A stretch of DNA of 64,000 bases from Octopus vulgaris (Eukaryota), in the NCBI GenBank assembly GCA_951406725.2, contig OX597814.1, positions 71,672,001 through 71,736,000 of the forward strand. The letters are read 5' to 3'. The notes beneath the pieces are model-generated. The model searched no databases. It saw nothing but the letters and a program-made list of their open reading frames with translations, and was not told where the DNA came from. Of this stretch, positions 12,351 through 25,110 are shown piece by piece; positions within the stretch are counted from its first letter, which is position 1, and each line of letters starts with the position of its first letter. Made by a program: the position numbers and the translations under genes.

Positions 12351-12355
<5 letters not shown>
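10225..12355. mobile_element. Fold-back element 3: inverted arms 10225-~10590 and ~11150-11545, plus a PLE-like 3' region
   Basis: The arms are reverse complements with scattered substitutions; degenerate hammerhead at 11888-12014. Confidence 0.7.
11888..12014 (+). ncRNA. Degenerate hammerhead motif with long stem II
   Basis: ct-CTGACAA-gacc...aagata...tatcttt-gggct-GAAA-aagctg-TA-ag; G8A change and broken palindrome suggest a decayed copy. Confidence 0.4.
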
Positions 12356-12390
<35 letters not shown>

Positions 12391-12796
12391 CTGTATTTGT
12401 ATATATATATAGTATACACATACAGTATGTATATATATATATTATATACATATATACAGTATGTATATATATATAGTATGTATACATATATATAGTTTGT
12501 ATATATATGTGTGTATATATATATATACTATGTGTATATATATAAATATAGTATGTATATATATATATATATATATATAGTATGTATATATATAGTATAT
12601 ATATATATATATATATATATATCATGTCTATATATATCATATGTACATATATATATATATGTGTATAGTATATTTAATATATATATATATATATATAAGT
12701 TCAGCAAAACAAATTAGATTCAATTGAATATGGTACTTAATTTAGATGCACCAGAATATTTTTTATGGTATTACCCATAAAATTATGTGGGGTGAT

Positions 12797-12856
12797 TATA
12801 ACCAAAAATAAGCAACAAGAATTACCGGATCCATTTTGTTCCTTATTTTTGGTTAT
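12797..12856. repeat. Hairpin terminus of a short element fragment (12698-12856) in (TA)n
   Basis: tataaccaaaaataag...cttatttttggttata. Confidence 0.7.
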
Positions 12857-12857
12857 A

Positions 12858-12890
<33 letters not shown>

Positions 12891-12926
12891 GTATATTTAT
12901 ATATATATATATATAGTATATATATA

Positions 12927-13054
<128 letters not shown>

Positions 13055-13065
13055 TATTTAATATA

Positions 13066-13115
<50 letters not shown>

Positions 13116-13117
13116 TA

Positions 13118-13157
<40 letters not shown>

Positions 13158-13231
13158 TAAATATACTATATATATATATATATACATATCAAATATACTA
13201 TATATATATATATATATATATTTAATATACA

Positions 13232-13320
13232 TGACTTTGGGTAGGTGACTTCCGCTATAGCCCCGAGCCGACTGGAGCTTTGTGATTGAATTCGGTAGGT
13301 GAAAGTTACTGCCGTGTGTG
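13232..13320 (+). mobile_element. Degenerate SINE fragment
   Basis: ctatagccccgagccgac..gctttgtga..gaattcggtag resembles a cephalopod SINE body (recalled, not searched). Confidence 0.4.
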
Positions 13321-13608
13321 TATATTGCGTATAGCTGCTCAGTGCCTCTCCGAAAAAAAGAGAGAGAGGGATATGTATGTATAGAATATTTTAAATATAT
13401 ATATATATATATAGTATATTTAATTTATATATATATATATATATATAGTATGTTTAATTTATATATATATATATATAGTATATTTAATTTATATATATAT
13501 ATATATATATAGTATATTTAATTTATATATATATATATATAGTATATTTAATTTATATATGTATATATATATAGTATATTTAATTTATATATATATATAT
13601 ATAGTATA

Positions 13609-13833
<225 letters not shown>

Positions 13834-13960
13834 TATTTAATATATATGTATATGTATAGTATATTTAATATACATATATAGTATATTTAATATATATATA
13901 TATAGTATATTTATATATATATATATAGTATATTTAATATATATATATATAGTATATTTA

Positions 13961-13994
<34 letters not shown>

Positions 13995-14053
13995 ATAGTA
14001 TATTTAATATATATATATATAGTATATTTAATATATATATGTATAGTATATTT

Positions 14054-14090
<37 letters not shown>

Positions 14091-14360
14091 GTATATTTTA
14101 TATATATATATAGTATATTTAATATATATATATATATCTTGTATATTTAATATATATATGTATAGTATATTTAATATATATATATATATCTTGTATATTT
14201 AATATATATATATATAGTATATTTAATATATATATATATATCTTGTATATTTAATATATATATGTATAGTATATTTAATATATATATATATATCTTGTAT
14301 ATTTAATATATATATGTATAGTATATTTAATATATATATATATAGTATTTTAATATATAT

Positions 14361-14410
14361 GATTGATTGATTGATTCTAGTTTCAGCTTATGAGCTGTGG
14401 CCATGCTGGG
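14361..14410 (-). mobile_element. 50-bp extremely 5'-truncated subfamily A LINE 3' tip in (TA)n
   Basis: gattgattgattgattctagtttcagcttatgagctgtggccatgctggg is identical to 6285-6334. Confidence 0.85.
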
Positions 14411-14575
14411 ATATATAGTATATTTAATATATATATATATAGTATATTTAATATATATATATATATATAGTATATTTAATATATATATGTATATAGTATA
14501 TTTAATATATATATGTATATAGTATATTTAATATATATTATAGTATATTTAATATATATATGTATAGTATATATA

Positions 14576-14609
<34 letters not shown>

Positions 14610-14616
14610 GGTATAT

Positions 14617-14648
<32 letters not shown>

Positions 14649-15003
14649 GGTATATTTAATATTATATATAATATATTTAATGCTATATATAATATAGTAT
14701 ATTTATATATATATATATATGTCTGTATATATATGTATATAAATTAGAGGAGAACCACCATAAAGCAATTCAACAATGATTTACTTAAATCATACCATAT
14801 TGATTAAAATTAATGATATAAATAGTATATAATTAGTAAATAGTCTACGCGTGTTTTGTGGCTATATTTGCAAATTGACAACAATAAAATCGATTCAATT
14901 CGANNNNNNNNNNNNNNNNNNNNNNNNNNNNNNNNNNNNNNNNNNNNNNNNNNNNNNNNNNNNNNNNNNNNNNNNNNNNNNNNNNNNNNNNNNNNNNNNN
15001 NNN

Positions 15004-16690
15004 ATGCATACGTAGGCTGGCTCCATCCCATGTAGAAGGCCACGGGTTATGGACTCACTTGTCCTGCCGGGTCTTGTCGCGCACAGCACACTTCCAGAGG
15101 ACTTGTTCACTAGTCATTTCCTCAGTGAGACCTAAAGTTCGAAGGTCGTGCTTCACCACCTCGTCCCAGGTTTTCCTGGGTCTGCCTCTTCCACAGGTTC
15201 CCTCAACCGCTAGGGTGTGGCACTTTTTCACACAACTATCTTCATCCATTCTCGCCACATGACCATACCAGCGCAAACGTCTCTCTTGCACTCCACAACT
15301 GATGCTTCTTAGGTCCAGCTTTTCTCTCAAGGTACTTACACTCTGCCGAGTATGAGTACTGACATTACACATCCATCGGAGCATACTGGCTTCATTTCTT
15401 GCGAGCTTACGCATATCCTCAGCAGTCACGGCCCATGTTTCACTGCCATATAGCATGGCTGTTCGTACACACGCATCATACAGTCTGCCTTTCACTCTGT
15501 GCGAGAGGCCTTTTGTCACCAGCAGAGGTAAGAGCTCTCTGAACTTTGCCCAGGCTATCCTTACTCTGGCAGTTACACTTTCAGCACACCCGCCTCCGCT
15601 GCTGACTTGGTCACCTAGGTAACGGAAGCTATCAACTATTTCTAGTTTTCTAGTTGGTCTCAGAGCATTTTCAGTGTTTATTGCTCCTGAGCATCTGCCA
15701 CATACAAAAACCATCTTCCTAGTTAGCCTTCCTTTGACATTGCTGCACCTCTTATGTGTCCATAGCTTACACTTGGTGCATCTTATAGAGTTTCTACCTA
15801 CACCTTTTCTACAGATCGAGCAGGGCCATCTACCTGAAGGCGTTTGTGGTTTGTCTACCTTCCTACCGATTACGACTTTGGTTTTAGCGAGATTGACTCT
15901 GAGGCCCTTCGATTCTAATCCTTGTTTCCACACCTGAAACTTTTCCTCCAGTTCTGATAGCGACTCAGCAATTAGAGCAAGGTCATCAGCATAGAGGAGC
16001 TCCCAAGGGCATCCTGTCTTGAATTCCTCATTATTGCCTGGAGGACTATGATAAATAGGAGGGGGCTGAGTACTGATCCTTGGTGGACCCCTACCTCTAC
16101 CCGGAATTCTTCACTGTACTCGTTTCCAACCCTCACCCTACTAGCAGCGTCCCTATACATGGCCCGCACAGCTCTCACTAACCATTCATCTATCCCTAGT
16201 TTCCTCATTGCCCACCAGATAAGGGATCGGGGAACCCTGTCGAAGGCTTTCTCCATGTCAACAAAAGCCAGGTACAGGGGCTTATCTTTGGCTAGGTATT
16301 TCTCCTGCAGCTGCCTTACCAGGAATATAGCATCAGTAGTACTTTTCCCTGGCACAAACCCAAACTGCATCTCATCTAAACTAACTCTCTCTCTAATTAG
16401 TTGGGCTATGACCCTCTCCGTAACCTTCATCACCTGATCCAACAGCTTGATACCTCTGTAGTTATTTGTATCTAGGGCGTCACCTTTACCTTTGTAGCAG
16501 TTGACTATTATGCTGCTACACCAGTCATTGGGTATGACTCCTTTGTGTATCACCTGATTAACTATACGGGTGACTAGGCTATAGCCGACACTACCATACA
16601 TTTTGAGCATCTCTGCAGTGATTCCTGATGGGCCTGGGGCTTTCCCTGTCTTCATGCTTCTAATTGCCTTAGCTACCACGGTACTATCAA
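15004..16690 (-). mobile_element. 5'-truncated RTE-clade LINE, RT region with frameshift near 16030
   Basis: GKAPGPSGI, NYRGIKLL, QFGFVPGKST, FVDMEKAFDRVP, GVHQGSVLSPLLF, LLYADDL, FRYLG, YGSETW, RRLRWYGHV, RGRPRKTW; also a Cys-rich CSIC..CTKC..HKRC..CGRC insert. Confidence 0.92.
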
Positions 16691-16706
16691 ATATATATAT
16701 ACATAT

Positions 16707-16737
<31 letters not shown>

Positions 16738-16930
16738 TATGGATTTTAGTGATCCAGTAGTACTCACAAAAAAGCTTTTTTAGTGGATCAGGCTACAAAC
16801 TGCATAGTAAACTAAAACAAAGGGGTGTAATGTATCATCTAATGCCTTCTTTACATGTAACATATTATAAATTGTACAAAAGTATTATATAATTCATAAC
16901 ATATATGCTAATACTGACATGTAAAATTAG

Positions 16931-16964
<34 letters not shown>

Positions 16965-16967
<3 letters not shown>

Positions 16968-17697
16968 TGAAAAATAAAAACATTTACCATCTATTTCCTG
17001 GACCATGGTTTCTGACTTTTTTTAGTAAATTGGTCTTGTGTTTATATGTTTAATCTTGGCGTACATGTTGATGAAGACTTCGCCTGGCAAAATATTTTAT
17101 TTGCTAAAAAAAGTCAGAAACCATGGTCCAGGAAATAGATGGTAAATGTTTTTATTGTTCATTCCCTTCAAGAATTTATCCCTAATTAGTGGTTTGGACT
17201 TTAGCTGTTCCTTCTAGCATAAGGGAGTCCTATGATGGATACCTCTTAATGTGTTTAAATGTATTTTATATAAATAAGTATAGATGCAGAAAAGTATACA
17301 TTTAAACACATTAAGAGGTATCCATCATAGGACTCCCTTATGCTAGAAGGAACAGCTAAAGTCCAAAGCACTAATTAGGGATAAATTCTTGAAGGGAATG
17401 AACAATAAAAACATTTACCTTCTATTTCCTGGACCATGGTTTCTGACTTTTATTAACAAATAAAATATTTTGCCAGGCGAAGTCTTCATCAACAGGTACG
17501 CCAAGATTAAACACATAAACAGAAGGCCAATTTACCAAAAAAATTTAGAAACCATGGCCCAGGAAATAGTTGGTAAATGTTTTTATTTTTCATTCCCTTT
17601 GAAAATGTATCCCTAATTAGTGGTTTTGACTTTAGCTGTTCCTTCTAGTGTAAGGGAGTCCTATGATGGATACTTCTTAATGTGTTTAACTGTACAC
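16965..17697. mobile_element. Fold-back element 4 (nested palindrome)
   Basis: 16965-17265 is mirrored by 17297-17595; 16965-17020 is itself the reverse complement of 17107-17163. Confidence 0.85.
17428..17496 (-). ncRNA. Hammerhead motif with U3 core (further copies 17064-17132 +, 20778-20846 +, 21281-21349 -)
   Basis: CCTG-TTGATGA-aGACTT...AAGTCa-GAAA-CCATGG-TC-CAGG; predicted GUC site; palindromic stem III. Confidence 0.7.
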
Positions 17698-18495
17698 TAG
17701 GAATTACAACCGTGTTTCGTGGTCTGCTACCACAACAGCTCCTTTATAGGATCCAGTTAGCTCAAGACATCATCAGGAGGAACCACGTCCAGTTTCGGCC
17801 CCTACTCCTCTACCGTTTTGACGTGGCGGGTCCTCCCCTTTTGGAGGTGTTTTCAGCTCTGGTGTTGGGTGCATGTCTTCTTTCTTCTGTTCCCTGGCCT
17901 CTTCGATGTATCGTCAGCGAGTGTCAGCCGGTGACTGACTGACTTGTCAAACTTTTCCCTCTAAATACCTGCCGCTAGGCTCCAGCAGGCAGCCCCAGCA
18001 AGTTGTCACGTGACACTGTCTCACCTTAACTGACTAGTGACGGTGCGTAGTTTTAGCCCGTGCATTTTCTAAACGAACGTCTCCTGTCAGTCAGTGAAAC
18101 TGATTCAGTGTCAGCTTGTCTCACCTAATGAATGTTATTTCCCGCCGGCATGTTATGACTTTCAAGCCATTTTCGGTCTTCCTGCTTCAGCCATATATAG
18201 AAGCTGGCTTTTTTGACCGCCTCCTGTACTTTCCTTATTAGTTTTCGCAGCTCGGAGCTAGAGAAAACAAATCTTCTTTTGAAAAGCGTTGTCATTTTCC
18301 TTTCAATGAAACCTCTAGCCCCCACTGCCAGGTGATAATATTTGACATTCCATCCCTGTTCTCTGCATTCTTCGATTAGCTTTTTGTACCTCTTCTCCTT
18401 TCGTTCCTCTGCATTGCCAATGTTCTCTTCCCAAGGTACTGTCAGTTCTAGTAAAATTCCTATTCTCCAGTCTCTGTTCCATATCTGGTCTTTTT
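17698..18495 (-). mobile_element. 5'-truncated RLE-type non-LTR retrotransposon (HERO/R2-like): endonuclease C-terminus and 3'UTR
   Basis: KRPD/IWNRDWRIGILLELTVPWEENIGNAEERKEKRYKKL..GW..VGARGF..ASFYIWLK is a PD-(D/E)xK RLE motif. Confidence 0.85.
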
Positions 18496-18776
18496 GTTGT
18501 TTTATTATTTTATATGAATAATATATAGTCTATTGGCTAATTTTTCTATATGCTAGGCCACTGGCTGTAAATTTCTAAAATCTTTATTACCATGATATTA
18601 TTAATTATCTATACTTATTTATATAGAAATTGATAGGTATGTATATGTACTAGTATGTATAAATTTTATATATGTGTGTATATATGTATGTGTCATTATC
18701 TGTGTGAATATAGGAATATCTTTATTCATGTGTGTGTGTGTATATATATATATATGCAATAATTATAATGAGAGAA

Positions 18777-19530
18777 TTAATGACTTGTAGGGACATGGCA
18801 TTTTCAGTATGCAACCATAATATACTACTACAAAGTTTGTAAGTCAATACTGTGTACTCCCGTGTTGGCAGTGTTCTTAAATCTCATGTTAAGATCATCT
18901 CTACAGGTTTTCTATAGAAATTATAGCCAGCACTGATTTTGTTATGATGTTACATATCCGAGACACCAGATGTAAACAAAGAATGAGATTGAGAATTAAA
19001 ACATGGATAATGGGTATATATGCCATATTTCAGGAGTTTTTGCTCCTTCATCAGCACCCATCTAATCCATTCATCATCCATGAACTTATTGCTTTAATAG
19101 TTACTGCATATAGCAGTGTAACATCATTGGATATACCAATTTACCTATTAAACACATTCCTGGAAGCCGGTACATAACTATTAATGACTTGTAGGGACAT
19201 GGCATTTTCGTTATGCAACCATAATATACTGCAATGTATATTAAATGGTTTTATAAGTCAATACCTTGTGCTTCTCTGTTAGCAGGGCTCTTGAATCATG
19301 TATTAAGAGCATTTATACAGATTTTCCATAGAAATTATAGCTAGCACTGATTTTGTTACGTCTTGTATCTATGACACCAGATGTAAACAATGAAACTGAG
19401 GATGAAACAATGGGTAATGGATGGATATGCCATATTTCAGGAGTTTTTGTTCCATCATCAGCACTCATCTAACCCATTAATCATACACATACTCATTGCC
19501 ACTACATATAGTGGTGTAACATTATTGGAT
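18777..19530 (-). mobile_element. Tandem ~405-bp monomers (about 1.9 copies), each with a hammerhead: retrozyme/PLE pLTR-like
   Basis: ttaatgacttgtagggacatggcattttc at 18777 and 19181. Confidence 0.75.
19010..19061 (-). ncRNA. Canonical type I hammerhead ribozyme (degenerate second copy 19417-19468)
   Basis: ATGGGTG-CTGATGA-AGGAG-caaaaa-CTCCT-GAAA-TATGgCATA-TA-TACCCAT. Confidence 0.8.
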
Positions 19531-19531
19531 A

Positions 19532-19681
19532 GAATATGGAGACTGGTACATTCTCAAAGTTTATTTCCTTTATTTTATGGTATGTCATACAACATATGGT
19601 TACAATGACCTATATGTATTTCTGCTGCACAACCATAAAATAAAATAAAAAAATTTTGAGTATGTACCAGTCTCCATATTT
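19532..19681. repeat. Imperfect inverted repeat capping the monomer array
   Basis: aatatggagactggtacat.ctcaaa ... tttgag.atgtaccagtctccatatt. Confidence 0.75.
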
Positions 19682-19784
19682 CCTATCATTATAATTATTG
19701 TTAATAATATACACTCCAGATAATATTGCAATCCAGTGAAACAAACACAGAATACATTTATATATGCACATATTTGTAGGTGTG

Positions 19785-20500
19785 TGCAGGTGGGTGCCCA
19801 TGATGGTTTAGAGCTTATTTCCTTTTTAGTCATCATAGTCATCCAGGCAATACTGGAAGAGTTTAGACTGGGTGGATATGGGAACTGCTATATGCTGATG
19901 ATCTCATTCTCATAACTGAATCTTTAGTAGGATTAGGGAAGAAATTCCTGGCATGGAAGCAAAATCTGAAATCTAAGGGCCTCAAAGTAAACTTAGCAAA
20001 AACTAAAGTATTAATCAATATGAAAACTGACTAGACTCTACCACATAGAAATAGCTTTGTTTGATATGTAGATGAGGTGTAGGGGAATCATAGGCAGGTT
20101 AACAGAGAAAGCTGGATTTCTATGTAGCAGATGTTCAGGAACAGTAAATAGTAAGGGTGCACAGGACATAGATACTCTCAAATGCCCAGAAGAATCCCTA
20201 GAGGTAGTAAGATAGCTTGTTATCTTGGTGACCTAATTAGCAGTGGTGGCATATGTTCTGAAAGTGTATTACTCAGAGTAAGAACAGGCAGATTGTATGG
20301 TGGCTTGTGTACAAACTGCAATACTCTATGGTAGTGAGACATGGGCAATGAATACAGAGAAATTGTGATGACTAAAGAGAAAGGAAGCAAGCATGCTCTG
20401 CTAGATGTGCAATATCAGTGCATGAATGACTGAGTACAAAACTGGGCATAAGAGTAATTAGATATAGTGTGCAAGAAAGAAGACTACATTAGTTTGGGTA
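19785..20500 (+). pseudogene. Old degenerate RTE RT fragment
   Basis: WELLYADDL, WKQNLKSKGLKVNLAKTKV, YLGDLISSGG and LYGSETW remnants with stops. Confidence 0.75.
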
Positions 20501-20630
20501 CCTTTATTTGTATATCAATCTATATAATTTCTGAAATATGGAACAGCTTTGTTTTCAAATGTAATATTACAGGTACAACTATATTCAGGTTTAATTTTTT
20601 TTATTTAAAATCTTTCATGTTTGTTTTGGA

Positions 20631-21440
20631 ACATATATGCTAATACTGACATGTAAAATTAGTTATATATATATATATGAATGAAAAATAAAAACATTTA
20701 CCATCTATTTCCTGGACCATGGTTTCTGACTTTTTTTAGTAAATTGGTCTTGTGTTTATATGTTTAATCTTGGCGTACATGTTGATGAAGACTTCGCCTG
20801 GCAAAATATTTTATTTGCTAAAAAAAGTCAGAAACCATGGTCCAGGAAATAGATGGTAAATGTTTTTATTGTTCATTCCCTTCAAGAATTTATCCCTAAT
20901 TAGTGGTTTGGACTTTAGCTGTTCCTTCTAGCATAAGGGAGTCCTATGATGGATACCTCTTAATGTGTTTAAATGTATTTTATATAAATACGTATAGATG
21001 CAGAAAAGATAAACAGACACAAATATATTTATATTTTATTGACTAAACTGGCAAAATGACCATTCCAAAATATAACTATATATATATATATATATATTTA
21101 TGTCTGTTTATCTTTTCTGCATCTATACTTATTTATATAAAATACAGTATACATTTAAACACATTAAGAGGTATCCATCATAGGACTCCCTTATGCTAGA
21201 AGGAACAGCTAAAGTCCAAAGCACTAATTAGGGATAAATTCTCGATGGGAATGAGCAATAAAAACATTTACCTTCTATTTCCTGGACCACGGTTTCTGAC
21301 TTTTATTAACAAATAAAATATTTTGCCAGGCGAAGTCTTCATCAACAGGTACGCCAAGATTAAACATATAAACAGAAGGCCAATTTACCAAAAAAATTTA
21401 GAAACCATGGCCCAGGAAATAGTTGGTAAATGATTTTATC
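20631..21440. repeat. Duplicate of 16899-17590 (fold-back element 4 with left flank)
   Basis: Shares the flank acatatatgctaatactgacatgtaaaattagtt and both arms; spacer is longer. Confidence 0.85.
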
Positions 21441-21444
21441 AAAT

Positions 21445-21504
<60 letters not shown>

Positions 21505-24319
21505 TGAATAAAGATATTCCTAAATCTATTAGTCCATTAATGAACCAAGACTTTCTCAACCTCATCATCAAAATGAAATGATGGTCTGTTTCTCATGTGC
21601 TTTGCAGCAGGTTGCCAAGGGTCATGGTGACGCTGTTGTTACAGATATAATAGTCAACACGATTATTATAAATATATATATAATGATTAAGCCCTGGTAG
21701 ATTTCATGGTCCATTTTATGTATGCTGTCAGTGTATGTTGGTTTTTGTTTTGTATTTTACTTTTATTGAAACTTCCATCATTTACTTATTTTTTATAAAT
21801 TCTGTATAATATGATAGAGTTTTCAACTATTGTTTTTCTATTTAATTTTATTTCATGTACTGTGTTATGAGTTGTAATGGCTTCTCGTTACAAATGTATG
21901 GTCAACCAAAAAAAAAATTGAAAGTGTTGTACCTGTAAGACCAATGCAATAGTTTTAGTCATACAGTTTACAGCTTTCATGCTCATATACATGTGCATAT
22001 ATGGGTGCATGTGTAGATAATGATACACACACATACATATATGATTGTATGTGTGTGTATGTCTTTAATTATTGCTACATTGATATTCTGAGCAGTAGAA
22101 GATAAATTTAAGATAAAACACTTCTAAGGTACAAGTAATGCTAATTGGTCTCTCCAATTTCTGTAATCCCTTAGTGGGTTTATAAGTAGTGTCTTTGAGA
22201 ACAATTACAGAAAGTATTTATTTACTGATGAAACCTTAACACAGAAGTGAAACTAGTCTAGCTTTTTCTGTTGATGTGATTATTTTGTAAAGACACCAGG
22301 TGTTTACATCTATCAACTATAGTGTTAGCTAAAAATCTGTAAGTATGTGAATATATATACACACACACATACACTTCTAGAAACATTCTAACTTATTTTA
22401 AGTTAGTTGTTTACATGGATAAATAATACTAATGATGCAATGAAGTTCAACTACTATTGCTTTCAAGATGATTTTTTTCTTCATTATCATCTATGATAGT
22501 GGCAGCATATTGACTTTACTTTGGCCTAATTTTTAGTTAATCTCATAATGCTGACTAATGTAGTTTTGTTCTTTTAATGCTGCTATTATTTTGCTTGTGT
22601 GTATTTATATAAAAATTTCTCTGCACACTGTGATTGCTCTGTATGCATCCTGTTTACTGCTTTGTCTAAATTATACTGTGAAGTGTCTACATTTTCTCTG
22701 AGAGAATTTCTCTCTAAAAACCTTTCCAAATTTGTATTTTTATACTTGTTTTAGAAATAATTTTGCACTGTTTATGTATTAACAACTGACATCTACAACT
22801 TGAATGTGGAAATATGCACTACATGCAATTTTTAGTTTTCACACCAATGATGCTTTGTTGATAGAAGTGGAGCAAATTATTCCTGTCATTATTTTTCTAA
22901 AATGTTTGATACTGCAATCAAGTGCCATTTTCCCATCCAATGATATGATTTGCTTTTGATATAAACATACTGATGTGCATGTGTTCCCCTACACATGCTT
23001 ACAGATACATGCAGGTGAAAGCAAAGAATCTCATTGGCAGTCAGGATCTTGCATGTATAGTTGTGCACACTGACACAGATGCATGTATGCAATTAAATGT
23101 GCACATGCAAGCATTATTGAATATGCATATGTAGGGCTGCATACAGGCAAACAGGCATTCATCGGTGTATGCAGCCTGTGCATGCTGACACACAGACACA
23201 GTTGCACACACCTATGGAAAAAAGCTAAGTATCTGCTGAGTAAGGATAACTTGAAAGAATTTGAATGAAAGAAGAAAGTAGTGGGAGAGAGGAGCAATTC
23301 ATCCTCGGGGTTTATTCTTTGATTTCTTTTCAGAATAAAAGGATGCCTGAGCAAGTATTCTTTTTGCTTGTTTAGTGATGGAGGAGTACACATGTACTGC
23401 TCATTTCTATATATCTGTGAGAGAAATCTTGAATCAATAGATTATGATAACATTAGTGAAAACAGGGAAGGAAGCAGATGTGGGGTATGTTAATTTGATC
23501 TAGTAAAGAAATAACAGAAGTGAATGAAATAGGTAGAAGAATGAGAAATGATCCTGTTGTTGGAAAATTGGTATGGAGTAGTTATCATGTGTGTGTGTGT
23601 TTGCATTTATATTTGGTTAACTGTGTTTTATGTCATTGTACTGAGATGAGACAATTGTAAGAGTTGGAAGTGGAATACAAGCAGTTGTGCATTGTGGTAA
23701 AAGATGTTGGTGGAAAGCTTTAGTCATGTCACTCTATTATTATTGTACCTTGTAAAGATGTCACATATAAATCTCTTAAGTTTTGCTGTTTTAAGAAGCC
23801 TCTCCATTCTGCTTGATACTTATTCTATAGTGACTATTGCAACATTGCCATGATAAAATTCCATCATTCTACTATATTTTTACTTACTATTCATATACAA
23901 TTCTATATAAAAAGACAAACACAAAGCTGAAAAATCTTTTATCCCTTTGTATGGACCTGCTACATTATCTTTTTTTCTGTATTTTATGTTTATTTTGACC
24001 ATATTTTCTTTGTTTCTTTTTGTCTTTTCAATGATATCTTATATTTTTACTTATTATTTTTCTGTTGCCTCATTATGATATCAAATTCAACTAGTTGAAG
24101 GCCATTTCTGTTTCATGGCTATGGGTGGTTCATTGAAGGAGTAAATTGTTTGTCCATTAGTATACTGTTCACTTGTTTATTTCACTGGAGTTACTTTTAA
24201 TTTATAAAAGAAATTCTGTCTCCTGTTTACAGAGGCAAGAAAACTCCAGTTTTAAAAAGAGAGAATGTGAGATGATATGTTTGTGACTTTTTTTTTTTTT
24301 GTTATCGAGGTATCATCCT

Positions 24320-24570
24320 GTCAGGCTGATTGCCCTGGCCAGCCTGACTACTTCTCTTCATCCCTCCCAATTTTCCATTAGTGTTTTTAGGTTTTCAACT
24401 TGGCATCCAACATCTGCAAGCTGTTGTATATACATCTTCTGTGGTCTTCCAGCCGCTGTGGTACCTTGATTTGGTGTCCACAGCAACACATTACTCAGAA
24501 GTTCTTCTTTACTTCTCCAGCAGTGGCCAGCAAACCTCAATCTCCACTCTTGAATGGTTGATGAGAGGCT
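24320..24570 (-). pseudogene. Degenerate LINE (RTE-group) C-terminal fragment
   Basis: LRFAGHCWRSKEELLSNVLLWTP..GRPQKMYIQQL. Confidence 0.7.
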
Positions 24571-24854
24571 AGCATTTTTATGCTAAAATTAAGATGTGGG
24601 AAGGCATCTTTATGTATTCAGATATGGTTTATCTTTTTTTTTATCTCATAGAAAAGAGTTAAGGACATTAAAAAAATGGTTTCGTTTGGGTAATGGTAGT
24701 TGTGTTATTACTTCATTGAAGTGCTGTTTATGATTACCATTGAAATATTTCTTACATTGATACAAGTCCATAAATTTCTGGTGTGTATAGTTCGTGAAAC
24801 TGAGCCTACATGTATCTGGTACTTATTTTATTGACTCAGAAAGATGACTAGAAC

Positions 24855-25110
24855 ATCTTTCAAAGATATAGATATCTTTGGCTTAATCATTTGCTGCCAC
24901 CAACATAAGAAAGACTATTTCCTGAATACAACCTTAGATTTTGAGAGAGGCAAGTACAATCCCTACAGAAAGCTCAGTGAAGAAATTGCTTATAGATACC
25001 CTCCCTTACCCATAACTACAAACCTAGTCACAAATAGCAGCAGAAGAATTTTATCCAATTTATCAGCAGACTAGTGAGGTCTTCAACGGGGCCATACAAG
25101 GTGCTAGGAA
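24855..25110 (+). pseudogene. Penelope-like element RT thumb remnant
   Basis: FGLII...FLNTTLDFERGKYNPYRK...PP.PI..NL..N.SRRILSNLSAD.EVFN resembles PLE FLDVTLDL..G.Y.PYRKP..HPP.I...I.RRIS.LS..E.F. Confidence 0.65.

Noticed and set aside
14740-14903. Possible sixth hammerhead element (minus strand caaaacacgcgtag)
   Set aside because: GAAA box is mutated and any CUGANGA half would fall in the gap
21500-24300. Possible host exons in unique AT-rich sequence
   Set aside because: Only short ORFs without recognisable motifs; small exons cannot be excluded
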